In this document: piece by piece, positions 23,932-39,111 of the stretch
How positions within the stretch are numbered: position 1 is the first letter of the stretch
Layout of the letters: the number at the start of each line of letters is the position of its first letter
Assembly (NCBI GenBank): GCA_964016885.1
Contig: OZ024742.1
Location: 200,632,001-200,696,000 of the forward strand
Reading direction: 5' to 3'
Length of the DNA stretch: 64,000 nt
Source: Eledone cirrhosa
Lineage: Eukaryota
Translations under genes and position numbers: made by a program
The notes under the pieces: generated by a model
Seen by the model: only the letters and a program-made list of their open reading frames with translations
Database searches by the model: none
Told to the model about the DNA's origin: nothing

Positions 23932-24572
23932 CTCTCACTCACCCATTCACGCTTACATAAACACTCACGCTATTCTGTCTGTATACGTGGCTCTCTATGA
24001 TTGAGTATTGTTATGAAATAGCTAGATGGATAAATAAATAAAGAGATGGAAAGGGAAATATAGATGAGGGTGGGAGAAGAACAAAGAGAGAGAGAGAGAA
24101 AGGGTAGCTGGAATAAGAGAAAGAGAAGAGGGGAGAAAGGATGACTGAAGAAAGAGAAAGAGAGAAAGAAAAAGAGGGATAGGGTGGGGGTGAGAAAGAA
24201 AGAGAGAGAGAGAGCGAGAAGAAAATATTGAGTGTTGGGGTGTGTAAAAGACAACTGAAACAAAAACGTTTGAGATTGTTGATATAAGTTATTTAAGGTA
24301 GATAGTATATTGACCTATGACATATGTATGTCACACCTTCAGACTGATGAGATTGACCTTTGTAGGCCACACACCTATACTGCTGAAACTGAAGTCATTG
24401 GTGTTTAGTTACACCTTTATTATGTCAATTATATTTTTTCTTTCTCTCGCTTTGGTCATATATTTTGGTGCCTTGTCTTTGTGATGGTCCTAGCAATGGT
24501 TAATTCTATTTGTTATATGTGTTTATATTTGTGTGCCAATGTCAGCAGGGCGTCAAACAACATGTTTTACAG

Positions 24573-24788
24573 CAGGCATGTCAAACTGAGGGTCCCCCGA
24601 GGGCCACATGGGTCACATATGTGTTGTCTGAGGGTCACACACGACTAATTACGCACTTTACAACTAATTTTTTAAATTTTATATTACGAAGATAAAACTT
24701 GCTCGCGCTGTAAAAACCTTTGTGCAGGCCGCTGGTGTGCTTGTAAAGGGCCGCATGCAGCCCTCGGACCGCATGTTTGACATGCCTG
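24573..24788. mobile_element. hAT (Charlie-like) MITE nested in a family A SINE
   Basis: TIRs CAGGCATGTCAAAC / GTTTGACATGCCTG. 8-bp TSD TTTTACAG / CTTTACAG. The SINE resumes at 24797-24960. Confidence 0.88.
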
Positions 24789-25106
24789 CTTTACAGCATA
24801 GAGTTACATCCCCTTACGATCTGAGTTCAAATCCCGCCGAGGATAGCTTTTCGTTTCATCCTCACGGGGTCGCTAAAATAAAGTATCAGTCACGCACTAG
24901 GGTCAATTTAATCGACTTTCCCCCCAAATTGATGGGTTTGTGCCAAATGTAGTAACAATTATATTTGTAATGTTATTCTGAATTGTTATACACACATACA
25001 CACTGCTACCATTGCTAAAATCCCCCCTCCATATTTGTAATGTTATATATATATTTTAACAATGGTTTCCATATTTAAAGATTTTACGAAAGTTGATGGA
25101 CTGTCG

Positions 25107-25250
<144 letters not shown>

Positions 25251-25261
25251 ATATATATATA

Positions 25262-26054
25262 TAAGGCCCACATCACCAACAGCCCTAAGAGAAACACCCC
25301 ACCAGGGTGGTCTTGCCGTAAGCCCGAAGCTTGTCCCCTTCAACAGCAATGCAACACACCCGCTGTAGTTTATGAAGCTGTGGTCACTTCCAACCGACAA
25401 AATCAACCACGGGAGGTCAAATCCTATGTGGGTATGGCGGAGGGCCGATTTAAGGAACGCTTCCTGAACCACCAGTCGATCTTTAGGTACCCGGACAGAC
25501 GTTCATCCACGAAACTCGCGAGTCACGTATGGTGCCTCAAGGACTCAAGTATAGACTACTCCATTCAATGGAAAGTCATCACTAGGTCCAAGCCATACGC
25601 AAGGGGCAATCCGTCGTGTGGACTATGTATTGATGAACGAATAAAGAGATTACGCAATAGTGATTGCCGAAACACGAGAAATAAATTATTGACACGTTGT
25701 CCACACGTCTGGAAACAACTCTTACATATCTACAAAGCTCCGGATTGAATTACAACAACATCCTAATTTTCTTATCAACTAGAAACGTTTCGGACTTTCG
25801 CAGTTATCTCCATTACACCTCTCGCACGCAATTTAGTATTGCCTGTGTGAAGTGATCATTTCTGAGCATGCGCGTTCTTACGGTTGTCCTTCCTGTTCCG
25901 TATAACCATGTCCATTACGAGCTGAGGATCCGCTAAGGTGAAACAATTGTTCTCGGTATGGTGAACTAACTGTTGTGTAACCACTTCTACCTAACTCGTC
26001 CCATGGACTGAGTGCTCTACCACTACGGATATTACCTTCCTGTGTTCTACCATT
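25262..26054 (+). mobile_element. Second PLE lineage: 3' fragment with GIY-YIG and terminal HHR, inserted in (TA)n
   Basis: 25263-25748 encodes [10 protein letters not shown]...[40 protein letters not shown], followed by an HHR. Confidence 0.88.
25918..25955 (+). ncRNA. Minimal type I hammerhead ribozyme of the PLE terminal repeat
   Basis: CGAG-CTGAGGA-TCC gctaa GGT-GAAA-CAATTG-TT-CTCG with a palindromic stem III. Its 3' half recurs on the minus strand at 36678-36733. Confidence 0.85.
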
Positions 26055-26076
26055 ATATATATATATATATATATAT

Positions 26077-26157
26077 ATTGGGTTGTAACATAAATTCCCG
26101 CCGTTGTTTAAAACTTCTTAATAAAAAGAACGGCGGGAACTTAGGTTACAACCCTAT
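26077..26157. mobile_element. About 80-bp mariner-type MITE (MADE-like) in (TA)n
   Basis: GGGTTGTAACATAAATTCCCGCCGTT pairs with AACGGCGGGAACTTAGGTTACAACCC. Confidence 0.75.
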
Positions 26158-26167
26158 ATATATATAT

Positions 26168-26300
26168 ATGAGTGGTTAGAGAATTGGATTCGTAATCGTG
26201 AGGTTGTGAGTTCGATTCCTGGACCGGGTGATGCGTTATTTCCTTGGGCAAGAAACTTTATTTCACGCTGCTCCTTCAACCTGGAGTTGCGACCGATAAA
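26168..26300 (+). mobile_element. tRNA-derived SINE head (different family)
   Basis: GAGTGGTTAGAG..GTTCGATTCC boxes followed by TCCTTGGGCAAGA.ACTTTA. Confidence 0.65.
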
Positions 26301-26988
26301 TAGTATTAGCAATTGGAAACATTGTTTCCACATTTGGCGATTTGTCTAAAGTTGATCGACTGTCGATATAAATATAGATATTCTTAAATTTGTATTTACA
26401 AATCATGTACTGTATAATTATTGCATAATACATTTTACAAATACTAGTTATATAATGATGGAAATATAAAAAAATATGAAAACAAAATTAAGTAATGAAA
26501 AACCAAAGGATTAAAGGGTTAAAGAATGGCAGATCTGGCTGTATAGTTAAGTAGAGGAAAGGACTATACATGCCATACATGTGAAGAAAAGGAGGGAAAG
26601 AAGCGAGGACTATTAGGCAGCGGGGAAAAAAGAGGGGGACGGGAGGAGGAGGAGGGGTGAAAGACTGTGTGCCTAGGTCGGGGTACTGACCGGCCAATTA
26701 GGCAGCCGCCATGGGTTGCAGGCCTCACAGAGGTGCATTACTGGACCTTGAATTTTAAACATAATTGTTATTTAATCAATTCAAATATATAATAATTTCC
26801 CATACTAAATAAATATATCGCTGAACATCTTTGCCGTGTTGCAGTGTTGTGGAAATGTTTAAATCGGTGGAGATGGTTGTATAGTGTTATGGTCTGTCAT
26901 GATTTGTATAACTATCCTGCTGCCATCACTCCAGGATAGTTATACATGGCCAGCAACATATCCCAATGATTACATAACTACACCTATG

Positions 26989-27051
26989 ATTGCGTAATAA
27001 TCTGATGAAGTCACATGCATAACCATGTAATAGAAATATATATCATGCAAT
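26989..27051 (+). ncRNA. Degenerate type I HHR-like motif before (TA)n
   Basis: CTGATGA..ACATG cataac CATGT..GAAA-TATATA. Outer ATTGCGT/ATGCAAT pair, followed by AATAAA. An upstream hairpin lies at 26907-26945. Confidence 0.5.
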
Positions 27052-27099
27052 AAAACAATTATGCTGAAATAATCCCGTCTTAACTACTGTTATTTGATA

Positions 27100-27168
<69 letters not shown>

Positions 27169-27311
27169 TAAAACATGTCTATAGAATCACAAGATAAAAT
27201 ATATACTATTTCCTCTCCCAATTAGCATAATTAACTATATAAAAAATCGAATAGACCAGACTATACGAAGGAGGCTTCTATGAAGGAATCTCCGACAAAT
27301 AACCAAAACTA

Positions 27312-27361
27312 GCGCTTCGCGTCGGCCGTAGCGGAATATTTATCGAATATTTCGACAGCGC
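27312..27361 (-). ncRNA. Candidate type II (permuted) hammerhead with a degenerate core
   Basis: Minus strand reads GCGCTGTC-GAAA-TATT cgata AATA-TT-CCG cta CGG-CCGACGC-GAAGCGC. Confidence 0.5.
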
Positions 27362-29088
27362 AATCGCCTAGATACAGTCAACTAAGCAGAATTAGGTTTA
27401 AAATAAACTAGGAGAAAATAGAATACATTTAAATACCTCTACCATGGTTTCTTCCGTGTTTTGAGTTTTCCAATAATTATGTAATAATTATATAAACTCG
27501 AGTATATATTTTATATATATATATATAATTGGAAATCAGTAAAATCGAATCTCTGGAGGTTTGCAAGTAAATTCGGCCTACTTATATGAAGTGATGAGTT
27601 AGCAAAGCACTCGATAAGGTAGGGCCTTAGAGTAATAACATACGTTTAAATAGCTTGACAAATCGAACATTGTGGTCGGCTAAACTAACACACAATACAT
27701 ACCAAAGTAACGATAGAACTAATCAGGTTGAGAAAAGTACACCTGGACAAATTAAACGAACAATCGTTTAAAATGTTTCTTTGAATCCGAAATCAAATAT
27801 CAGACTTACTTGAAAGGCAAGCTCATGGTATTGGTGATCGAACATAGGATTCAGTTTATCAACAGGTTTTATCGCTCTTTCTAGGATCGGAGTGATAAAT
27901 TATATGTTGGTGCTATAAGCTGCTTATCGTATCTATACTTATCACGTGTTAATTCCGGCGAGGGAAATAACCCCCGGTCCCAGGCTGTTCATTCAAAATG
28001 TTAGCGAAAGGAAATATTTAAAATTTCCGCTAATCATCATGATAAGCTCTCGACTAGATGTTATAAAACAAACACTAATAATTAACCAATCAACAGAATT
28101 GTCTAATTAAATTAATTAGTTAATTATTAAATCTAGGAGAATAATATAATTGGAAATCAGTAAAATCGAATCTCTGTTAGCACCCAAACGTATAATTGGG
28201 ATTATACTAAGGTATATCCTAATGTTTGTTGAGTGAGACGGAAGCCGGTCGGAGTATTGCTTAAAGCTTTCTCTGTTAATGTATTAAATATATATATATA
28301 TATATGTATATATAAAATTGAGATAAGCGGAGCAAGCAAGATTCAAACAATTTTTTTAAATAAATTAAAAAATATAATTTAAATATTTACCTATTCCATT
28401 TGCTTTTACCGACGGTTTCACTTCACAAAAGATTGGAGATCCCTAGGGACTTCCAATGGAAAAGTTCAGATCATCAGAGAGCATTTTCCTTTCCTAGGAC
28501 AAAAATTCCCAGGAACGGCAAAATATATTGCCATCTGCCAGCTAGCACAGGATCGAATGGGGCCGAAAATTTGACCTATGCATGAACCATCCCTTAGTAG
28601 AAGCGGAAGTAAACATAGACGTATTGTCTACCTCGCCACTAAAAATAGCAGCTAAATAAAACAACAGATTTGTTCTCTACATAACGGAGAATATTAAAAG
28701 AAGTTAATATCCCCACAGGTACTAAGTGCCCCTGGAAATATATAGGGTGTCTGTGATACAGTGGTTTTTCTATGGTATTAATTTGACATACCAGAACTAT
28801 AAAATTATACATATATATATACATATGTATTCAGTTCATAGGTTACTTTGATCCCAAGTACTAGAATACAAGTCATACATTAAATGGCTCAATATGAGGA
28901 GAGTGGCGTGGTTAAATTTATATATTTCCTTGTGTTTAACAGAGGTAGAATGGTTTGGAATATAAATAAAATTGTTATTCTCATTGGAACCCAAACTATA
29001 GTATACAAGGAATTAAGTATGAGGTACATACTGAAAACATACTATAGAGGTGTAATAAGTGAATAGTCTTGTTGACAGATAAAATTAG

Positions 29089-29127
<39 letters not shown>

Positions 29128-29431
29128 ATGATAAAGAAGCGGCAGTAATGATAAGCATAGACTACTAATTTCGTTCTTATCTTGCTTTCTAAGAAATACT
29201 ATCAGCACTTCTGTTTATTGAAATACCTTTCTTTGTCGTTGATATTGTTGTAGGAGTTGATTTTCACGCAAATACTGTGGATGGTCTCATCTTTGTTGTA
29301 AAAGATATATTGTAGGTGATGATGATGATGTTATTGTTGTGGGTATATCTGCTGAATAAAAGTGTGTCAGCATTGGTATTTAACAGAGTCAGTCACTATT
29401 AGAACATATATATGGCTGTGTTGATTAGGAT

Positions 29432-29612
29432 AGGCGAAGACATGGTTATATGGTTAAGGAGCTCGCTTCGTTACCACGACGTTTTCGGTTCAGTCTCGTT
29501 ACAAGGAACTTTAGGGAGTCGTCATCTAATACAACGTCAGTTTGCGTAATACCTTGTGAGTGAAAGTGAAATTCGGAAGACAGAAACTGTATATAAGCGA
29601 GCGCAACATGTA
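29432..29612 (+). mobile_element. Degenerate tRNA-derived SINE, family C (other pieces at 30470-30595, 63230-63365 and 63555-63700)
   Basis: TGGTTAAGG..GGTTCAGTC..CCTTGTGAGTG..GAAACTG layout shared with 63230-63365. Confidence 0.6.
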
Positions 29613-29648
29613 TATATATGTGTGAGTATATATATATATATATATATA

Positions 29649-29834
29649 GGAAAATGTTTAACCCCGACGGCAGAGCTCAAGCCGTTTCGACGGCTATTTC
29701 AGTCCAGAAATAGCCGTCGAAACGGCTTGAGCTCTGCCGTCGGGTTAAACTTTTTCCTATTACCCACTCTACTACTCTAAATATTGAGTACTCTGGTGCG
29801 TTATGGTCCATCCGATTCCTTACCACACACTATC

Positions 29835-29835
<1 letters not shown>
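29649..29835. mobile_element. HHR mini-element family B: ~110-bp hairpin centred on HHR stem II, plus tail
   Basis: Near-perfect palindrome 29649-29757 containing GTC-GAAA-CGGC ttgagctct GCCG-TC-GGG. Confidence 0.85.
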
Positions 29836-29882
<47 letters not shown>

Positions 29883-30068
29883 CTGTCTGTCTGTCTGTGT
29901 GTATATGTGTGTGTATGTATAAATATATATATATATAGAGAGAGAGAGATTACAATAATCAAAGTTCAGTTTAAATCATTTATTTGCTTACAATTGTTTC
30001 GTCCAAACCAAGGTTTGAATTCCTCGGAGCAACTATTTAGTGATCTATAACATACTTGACCTCCTTAA

Positions 30069-30107
<39 letters not shown>

Positions 30108-30121
30108 CTGAGTTTTTCGAA

Positions 30122-30200
30122 TATTATGCAAACAAGCCTGAATTGTATAGCCATGTCAGTAGAGTGACATGGCTATAAAATTGAGGCTTGTTTGCATAAT
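30122..30200. repeat. Hairpin with arms of about 36 bp in a (TA)n-bounded island
   Basis: ATTATGCAAACAAGCCT..TATAGCCATGTCA gtagag TGACATGGCTATA..AGGCTTGTTTGCATAAT. Confidence 0.85.
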
Positions 30201-30226
30201 TGCAAACGAATGTAGAGCGAAATTTT

Positions 30227-30295
<69 letters not shown>

Positions 30296-30871
30296 ATATA
30301 TATATATGAAACAATTTTTAAATCAGAAAATGTCTTCATCCTTGCGATGAAGGCGGATGAATCTGTGCCATGGAAGCCAGCTTCTATGTAATTGGCATGC
30401 GATGATTTCGGGCCAACCGACATCATTTTTCCCCGTTTCTGTCTGTGCCTGTGTTCATAACATGTAGCTTAGCTTTTCGATAAAAATAGATCAGTAAATT
30501 TCGTACTAGTGTCGATATGATCTAGAAAAGAAACCCTCTAAAGTGATGCAAAGCATGGCCACAGTCTAATGACTGAATCCAGTAAAACAATAGAAAAGAA
30601 AAAAAATATTTTGGTAAATGTAAAAAAAATAAAAAAAAATAGATATAAAAGGAAAAAACCCATCGCTTGAGATGTGTAATTTAATAGGCAGAGGTAAGTG
30701 TCAGACACACGTCTAATGCATATTAATAGCTGTAAGTTATATTTTACGCCGTGAACATATGAAGTAGAAGTGTTACCTCTGATGAGGTTCCCGAAATTAC
30801 GGGAATATCTCTGTTCCCTTATCCAAGGCAGTTGTTAAACGTTTGGTCATGTATTTTCCGGCAGTACAATG

Positions 30872-30940
<69 letters not shown>

Positions 30941-31068
30941 TCAGGATAGAATCAGTTTAAAACTAGTTAGATCATTACGCATCAGAGAACTCGAATCTTG
31001 GGGTAGTCTATAGTAAGTTCATATTATAAAGAGTCCGCGCCCAACGGCTGAGCTCATATATATATGTA

Positions 31069-31169
<101 letters not shown>

Positions 31170-31191
31170 ATATATCTATATATATATATAT

Positions 31192-32104
<913 letters not shown>

Positions 32105-32954
32105 TGGCTGCCAACTCGTTTTCGAGTACGGCCACTACTTTATATCCATGTAGGAGAACCCCTACCGATGCGCTGAACGAGTGTGACTTTTAGTCCAGCC
32201 AGCGTCTTGAAAACTCTGGTACAAACATTACACTGGTGACAATTATTCACACATAGTGCTGGGCCCATGGTACCATGTGACGACAAGTGCAGAGTTATCT
32301 CCAGATATAAAGCAATGCCTGTGCCGTGAAGCTTTTATAGTGAGCAAAGGCACTGCACAAAGCCAGTCCCACTCTCTTAACCAAGATGATATTTACCAAA
32401 AAGAAGAACAAGTCAACATCATTGGATTCCATCAGGGTTGCAGGTGTTATATCAGAGTTTTCCTTCTCCTAGAATTCTGCCTTGACAAAGGCTAAGGGGT
32501 CATCTCTCCCGGACAAATATATATATATATATATATATAATATATATATATATATAATACATATATATTTCATAACGTAGGAAGCAGTTCTAGTCCTGTA
32601 GAAGTAAATTCTATATTCCATAAACATGTATCTTGTCAATTAATGTATTGAGTACCTTATTTACTAGTGATTTCTCTCCGATCCTCTTAGGAATACAATT
32701 CTTAATTATATATATATAATTGGCACAAGGCTAGCAATTATGCCAGTGTATTACTGCTACTTTATTTTATCGACCCCGTAAGGATGAAAGGCAAAGTTAA
32801 CCTCGGCGGGATTTGAATATAATGATACAGAGATAGATAGAGGGAGAGAGAGAAATGTTTTAGAAGAATAAAATCTGTTGGTGTTGTCATCGCCGCCAGT
32901 CATGCATTACCAACACATGCATTCACCGACACAACACACACGAACACACGCACG

Positions 32955-33094
<140 letters not shown>

Positions 33095-34078
33095 ACAAAG
33101 AAAGTGTGGTAAGAAACCAGGTGGACCATAACGCACCAGAGTACTCAATACTTAGGGTATAGATATAAGGGGAAAATAGACGAAGATAGACCGGGTGGTG
33201 TAACATCTATTAGCATGGCTAAGACTTTAGAATATGACACTGAGGCGTAGAAAGGGTAAGAAAGAGTTCAGTGTCATGCTCCTTTGTCTGCATATTGGAC
33301 TGCTATCCTTATTAGTCTTTTCCGTTTCTACATCTTTCCTTTCTATATCCATTCCTTCCTTGGCTAAGCTCTAGTGCACCGATTACTCGCTCCTTTTTCA
33401 GTTGATGGTTTCTGGATATTCTTCTCATTACGTTTGTGTAAATCGCCGAAAGTCATAACGTGTTCTGTTTGTGTCTCTACTTGTTTTGTTGCGTCCCAAT
33501 GTGCATAGGAATAATCAGAATCAACCTTAATGTGCAGAAACTGTAGTGATTTCTAGAGGTTGACTGAGGTGATCAGACTCTGTTTTCCATTGTATTTGTC
33601 CTGTGAGCCCCATGTTTTGAATACACACACACAAACACATATCCATTCATTTAATGGTTAAGTAGTGAGCCTTGTTACTCTGACGTTTTACCTGTGCAGG
33701 TTAAACTCCAGAGAAACAAGGCTCACTACTTAGCTATTAAATGAACATTTAAACTCTACTTCGTTATTGAGTACTTTTTCTCACGTACTATAATACATTA
33801 ATTTCAATTGGAGGCTGTTCCATGAATCTAACAACTAGAACAGTTATCGTCGAAAACGATGGAGGTCCATTTGCTTTACTAGTATATAGTAGTGGTGTTG
33901 TTGTTAATGATAGCGAAGATGTGTAACTTGCAACCAGGTATCGCTGCCAAGATTTTATAATACACATCTTAACAACTCACAACTCTTCGTTTCACACACT
34001 CATTCAGCTTGTTTAAAATAATTTTTATTACTGACACATGTTTTTGTTAACAGGAACACTAACACATGTGTACATTCT

Positions 34079-34137
<59 letters not shown>

Positions 34138-34171
34138 ACATACACACACACAACACACACACACACCACAG

Positions 34172-34220
<49 letters not shown>

Positions 34221-34420
34221 ACACACACACACACACACACATACCACAGCCACACACACATACACACACCACATACACATACACACACATATACACACAC
34301 ATACACACACATACACACACACACACACCACACACACACACCACACACACACACACTCAGGTGCAGCGAAGATCTACGTTTGCGTGCCATAACACTGAAT
34401 ACTATGTATGATCATATGTA

Positions 34421-34467
<47 letters not shown>

Positions 34468-34588
34468 GTGTGTGTGTGTATATGTGTGTATGTGTGTGTG
34501 TGTGAATGTACACATATATGCACATGTATAATTGTATGCATGTACATATATGCGAATAAAAAATATGAAGACAAATATAAACCACACA

Positions 34589-34642
<54 letters not shown>

Positions 34643-36039
34643 ATATGTATATATTTATATATATTTGTATGTGTGCGTATGTTCACATAAATGCGTAGAG
34701 TAAATAACACTTTCATAAGCAGACATACACTTAATTATGGATAGATGTATATATATGCATACATGCATATATACATACATAGACACACCATTACACCACC
34801 ACCAACAACAACCTCATCACACTCACACACAATCTTTCTTCTTCTCCCTCTCACACACACACACACACATACATACACAACACACACACACTTACACGCA
34901 CATATACACTCACATACACACACATGTAAGCCATTCTTCCTCCTAGGTTCGGATGAAAAGACTTCCTTTCAACATCAGAATTAAACAGCAGCAATTATAA
35001 TCCGAAAAGCTCTGTGAGTGCCGTTTCAACATTCTTGAACATTTATGTTTAGAGAGATTCTGGTAAAATTGTTTCTCTTCCTCACTCTCCGGGCTGCAAT
35101 TATTCCCTCCTGTTGCAGAGTCTGATCTCTGACACTGTAACAAATTTCATCATCTTTTGAAAAACCATCAAAGACAACCCTTTCTCTAGTTCTTGCATTC
35201 TCTCTCTCTCTCTCTGTCCCCCACCCCTCTCTCTCTCTCTCTGTCACTCTCTCACTCTTTCTTTTTCTCTTTTGCCCTCTCTCACTCCCCTTATCTCTCG
35301 CTCCCTCTCTCTCTCTCTGTCTGTCTCTCTCTCACTCTTTCTTTTTCTCTTTTGCCCTCTCTCACTCCCCTTATCTCTCGCTCCCTCTCACTTACTCTCA
35401 CTCTCTCCCCCTTTTCTTTCTCTCTCTCACACTCTTTCTCTCTGTCTCTCTCTCATACTCTCTCTGTATCTCTATTCCCCTATCTCTCTTTCGCCCTCTC
35501 TCTCCCTCTTTTTTTTCTTTCTCTCTCTGTCTCACTCTCTCCCCCTCTCTCTTTCACTCCCTCTCACTCTCTCTCACTCTCTCTCCCTTTTTCTTTATTT
35601 CTCTCTCGTCCCCTCCCTCTCTCTTTCTCTTTCTCTTTCTCTCTCTCTCACACTCTATCCCACTTTCCCTTTCTTGCTAACCACAACAAACAACAATGCC
35701 AACAACAACACACCACCAACACCAACAGCAACGCCGTCACCACAAACACCTAGATCAACCCCAGCAGTAACACCAACACCAACACACCCACTTACGACAA
35801 TAACAACACCAACTTTAACATCAACAACAACACCAAAAATGACACCAACACCAACAACGCTAACACCACAGTCAACACCGACACCACCACCACTACTAAC
35901 ACATGAGAGGTGTACGTATGCAAACACATCAATCTATCTAACTAGCTACCACTTTCTCTCCCAAATCTCTCACGATATATATATACCCCACCCAACTTAT
36001 CCTACCCCATCCTCCCATTTCCATCCATTGTGTAGGTGT

Positions 36040-36295
36040 CACGACAAAGAGCACCCAGTCCACACCGTAAAGTGGTCGTGTAGGAGACACGGTAAAAAGG
36101 CTCCCAGTCCACACTGTAAAAGTGGTTGGTGTTAGGAAGGGCATCCAGCTGCAGAAAACCTGCCAGAGACAGTTCCGTACGAGCGAGACGCGGTAACCCG
36201 ACCAATCCCGCATCAAATAGAATGTTCTATTTGATGCGGGATTGGTCGGAAGCTAGTGTGGAAGCTAGACGTTAAGCGATGATGATGATTATGAT
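36040..36295 (+). mobile_element. 3' part of a SINE or RTE-related repeat with a (GAT)n tail and an internal 25-bp hairpin
   Basis: GTTGGTGTTAGGAAGGGCATCCAGC..CGTTAAGCGATGATGAT. Hairpin at 36198-36249. Confidence 0.6.
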
Positions 36296-36296
36296 G

Positions 36297-36331
<35 letters not shown>

Positions 36332-37059
36332 CGTTATGCACGAGTGCATTAATGTTTTCCAGGACACAGTGTTATGTACCGTGTAGTGGAATGTCAGCTT
36401 ACAACAGAGTGGTGCTCAACGAAATGCAGAAAAAAGGTGTATATTCCAGTTTAGCTATATTCCGGGGCGTGTATAAGGAATTAAAAAGAACAGAAAGATG
36501 CAGTAAAAGAGATTTATTCGGTTCTTACGTACGTTTCAATAGACATCAATTTGCCTAGATCTCGCTACATCTATAATATTATATATTTAGTAGAGCATTC
36601 GATATCCAATGCACAATCGATCCCATATCATCAGAGATTATGTTATATATAGAAGTAGTTATATATATATAGAAGTAGTTCCACAACAGTTAGTTCACCA
36701 TACCGAGAACAAATGTTTCACCTTATTCGGATTACACACACACACACATACATATTACACACAGACACGCACACGCACATACATATATATATTATGCACA
36801 CGCACACACAATATATGTCAGCGTTATTTGCCAAAGACACTGGAATTTGCAAGGGACCAGTTAGCTGTTGTCATTTTTGTTATTATTCTCCTGGTTCATT
36901 TTTGTAAATTTCAAACACCTCGATGTTAAACTATCTAGATATTTCAGTTAAGGTTTAGTCAACAATAAATAATCAACAATTTGACAAAAGTCCCTCACTG
37001 TATTCTCTACTGTGTCTTACATAGACAAGACTTGCCTTTAAATATTTGCTGTACCAAGA

Positions 37060-38680
37060 TGTGTTGTCTTCTGCATAATCTGTAGCCTTGCATCAATTGC
37101 ATCCGATTCTATTTACACATTCCTCAAAACTGTCCTAGATGCATCTCAATGCTCCAATCACAACTGGAATCACTAAAACCTTCTTCATCCTCTACACTAT
37201 TTCCTACGTTCTCCTTCGGTGGCTCATACTTCTCCATCGTTTTATGCTCTTTATTCTTCAATCTTCTATCACCTGGGATAGATATATCGATAATTTGGAG
37301 CTTTTTTTCCTTCTTGATCACAACAAACATGTCTGCACTTCTTGCCTCAATCATTCTATCGCGCTGAATGTTAAAGTCCTCCAAAAGATGACATTCGTCA
37401 GACTCTGCTAATACCATTTAAATGCTCTAACAAACTCACATTTCTCAGATATCATCCAATGGATATATCTGGCAACATTATCATGTCTTTTGTACTCTTC
37501 CTGTGCAAACTTAACACATTCGTTTGCAATATGGCTGACCGTTTCTCCTTTTGTTCTACACATTCTACGTATCGGTAATTTTTATCGTTTTGTCAACATG
37601 ATGTTTAATGTAGTTATTTCGAAGAGCCTTCTCCTGGACGCTGCACCTCAGAGCTTCAGTTCCATTTCAAAACCATGACCAGCTCTTTCCCAATCAATGG
37701 CTACTTTATCTCTAATCTACTGTCCATACATAAACGTATCCTTTAATTCCCTTTCAAGTTCTTTTTAACGCTCTTTTTGCATTCCTTACATCCTACTGCA
37801 TCACAGATTTCAATGTGTCGAGGTCTCTTAATTTTGACATGATGTTACTCCTTATATTTTTAAGGTACCAAGCTAGGTTTTTATTTCCACTTTTGACAAA
37901 AGCTTTACAATTTATTAGTCCTCTATCTGCTTTCTTTCTTTCGACATAAAGTATTGCGACATCACGCTTTAGGTAGAGTTCTTTATGCACTGTCATCAAT
38001 TTCCTAGTTCATCTTTCCTCTATTTAATATCTCCTGTCCCATATCACATGAGTAACATAACCCATGTATTCTTGCCTTGATCATATTTCTTCCATTCAAT
38101 TTAGACAACTTTACAAGTCTCCTTCGCCAGAGATATTCATTTTTTTAACATCTTCATTTCTTTCTCTTTGGTCTTATCCAACACAAAGACCCCCAGCACT
38201 TGCATACTTCGCCTCCCAGTTCTTCAATAGTCTGGTCGTTTTCTTTATCATTCTCAGGGTACCCAAAGCAAGAAGATGACTTTGGTTTTTAATTGCCACA
38301 TCCCAGATATCTCAATCTCAATGACATTGTATTTGGATAGTTTTTGATATTCTTTTACTGTGATGTTCTATCAGTAGGCACCATGATATCAATTAACAGG
38401 CATATTTTTTGTCTTATGTCTTTGATGACGATATCTGATCTGTTAACATGGATTGGCAATATCGGTAGAGGGCGCCATGCTTTGCAACATAGACTTACGG
38501 CCCTTTATGATCGGAGTTCAAATCCCACTGGGGTTAACTTTGCCTTTCATCCATCCTTATGGGGTCGATAAAATAAAGTACCAGTAACGCACTGGGATAA
38601 TTGCTGGCCTTGTGCCAAAAGTAGAAACAATTTATTTGCTTGTCTGTTTATATCCCATAATCCCATAGGATGGTAACATT
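37060..38680 (-). mobile_element. R4/Dong-like RLE non-LTR retrotransposon, degenerate, interrupted by a family A SINE (38449-38632, plus strand)
   Basis: YVERKK.DRGLINC, CRTKGETVSHIANEC..EEYKRHDNVARYIHW, and DFNIQRDRMIEAR..D..V..KKEKK..IIDISIPGD. Confidence 0.85.
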
Positions 38681-38689
38681 CTCTCCCTC

Positions 38690-38955
38690 AGTGACTGACT
38701 GGTTGGTGTTAGGGTGCGGTATATCATAGTGACAGCATATTCTCCAGTGCATCTCGATCATTCCTGGCTTTATATTCTGTAGGAGCAAGGAGTGGAGCAG
38801 CCGGCAAGAATGAGGTCAATGCTCTCACGTTTGTCATCGTAGAGTCTGCACTTTCAGTCTTCTCCATTGTGCAAGACATTACCTTGAAAATTTCGGGTGA
38901 GGAGAATCTGATTTTGTGCCGCTAGGACAAATCCTTTTGGTTCGGGTTTCAACCC
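38690..38955 (-). mobile_element. Second R4-like zinc-finger fragment
   Basis: GFVLAAQNQILLTRNF..KCRL....ESIDLILAGC. Confidence 0.65.
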
Positions 38956-39059
38956 CCACCCCCATCAAATTGCTGGCCTTGTCCCAAACGTAGAAATAAT
39001 TATTATCAATAGTATTATCGATAATATCCTTAATGGCACCGTTATCGTTACCCCCGTCG

Positions 39060-39062
39060 TCG

Positions 39063-39111
<49 letters not shown>

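Noticed and set aside
24335-24405. CTGATGA...GAAAC..GTC hammerhead-like spacing (also 58640-58680 and 30960-30995)
   Set aside because: Stems I and II do not pair in register, so these are compatible with chance matches.
26168-26230. tRNA genes (also the heads of family A SINEs)
   Set aside because: A and B boxes are present but there is no complete cloverleaf, and each continues into SINE body sequence.
34930-35190. Complex-looking unique patch with short ORFs and a possible splice acceptor at ~34946
   Set aside because: All plus-strand frames stop within about 55 nt of the acceptor, and the minus-strand ORFs show no recognisable domain or clear exon boundaries. It cannot be supported as an exon.
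35272-36135. 287-aa mucin-like ORF
   Set aside because: It is built from (CT)n and (CAA/CAC)-rich low-complexity sequence and runs into a SINE.
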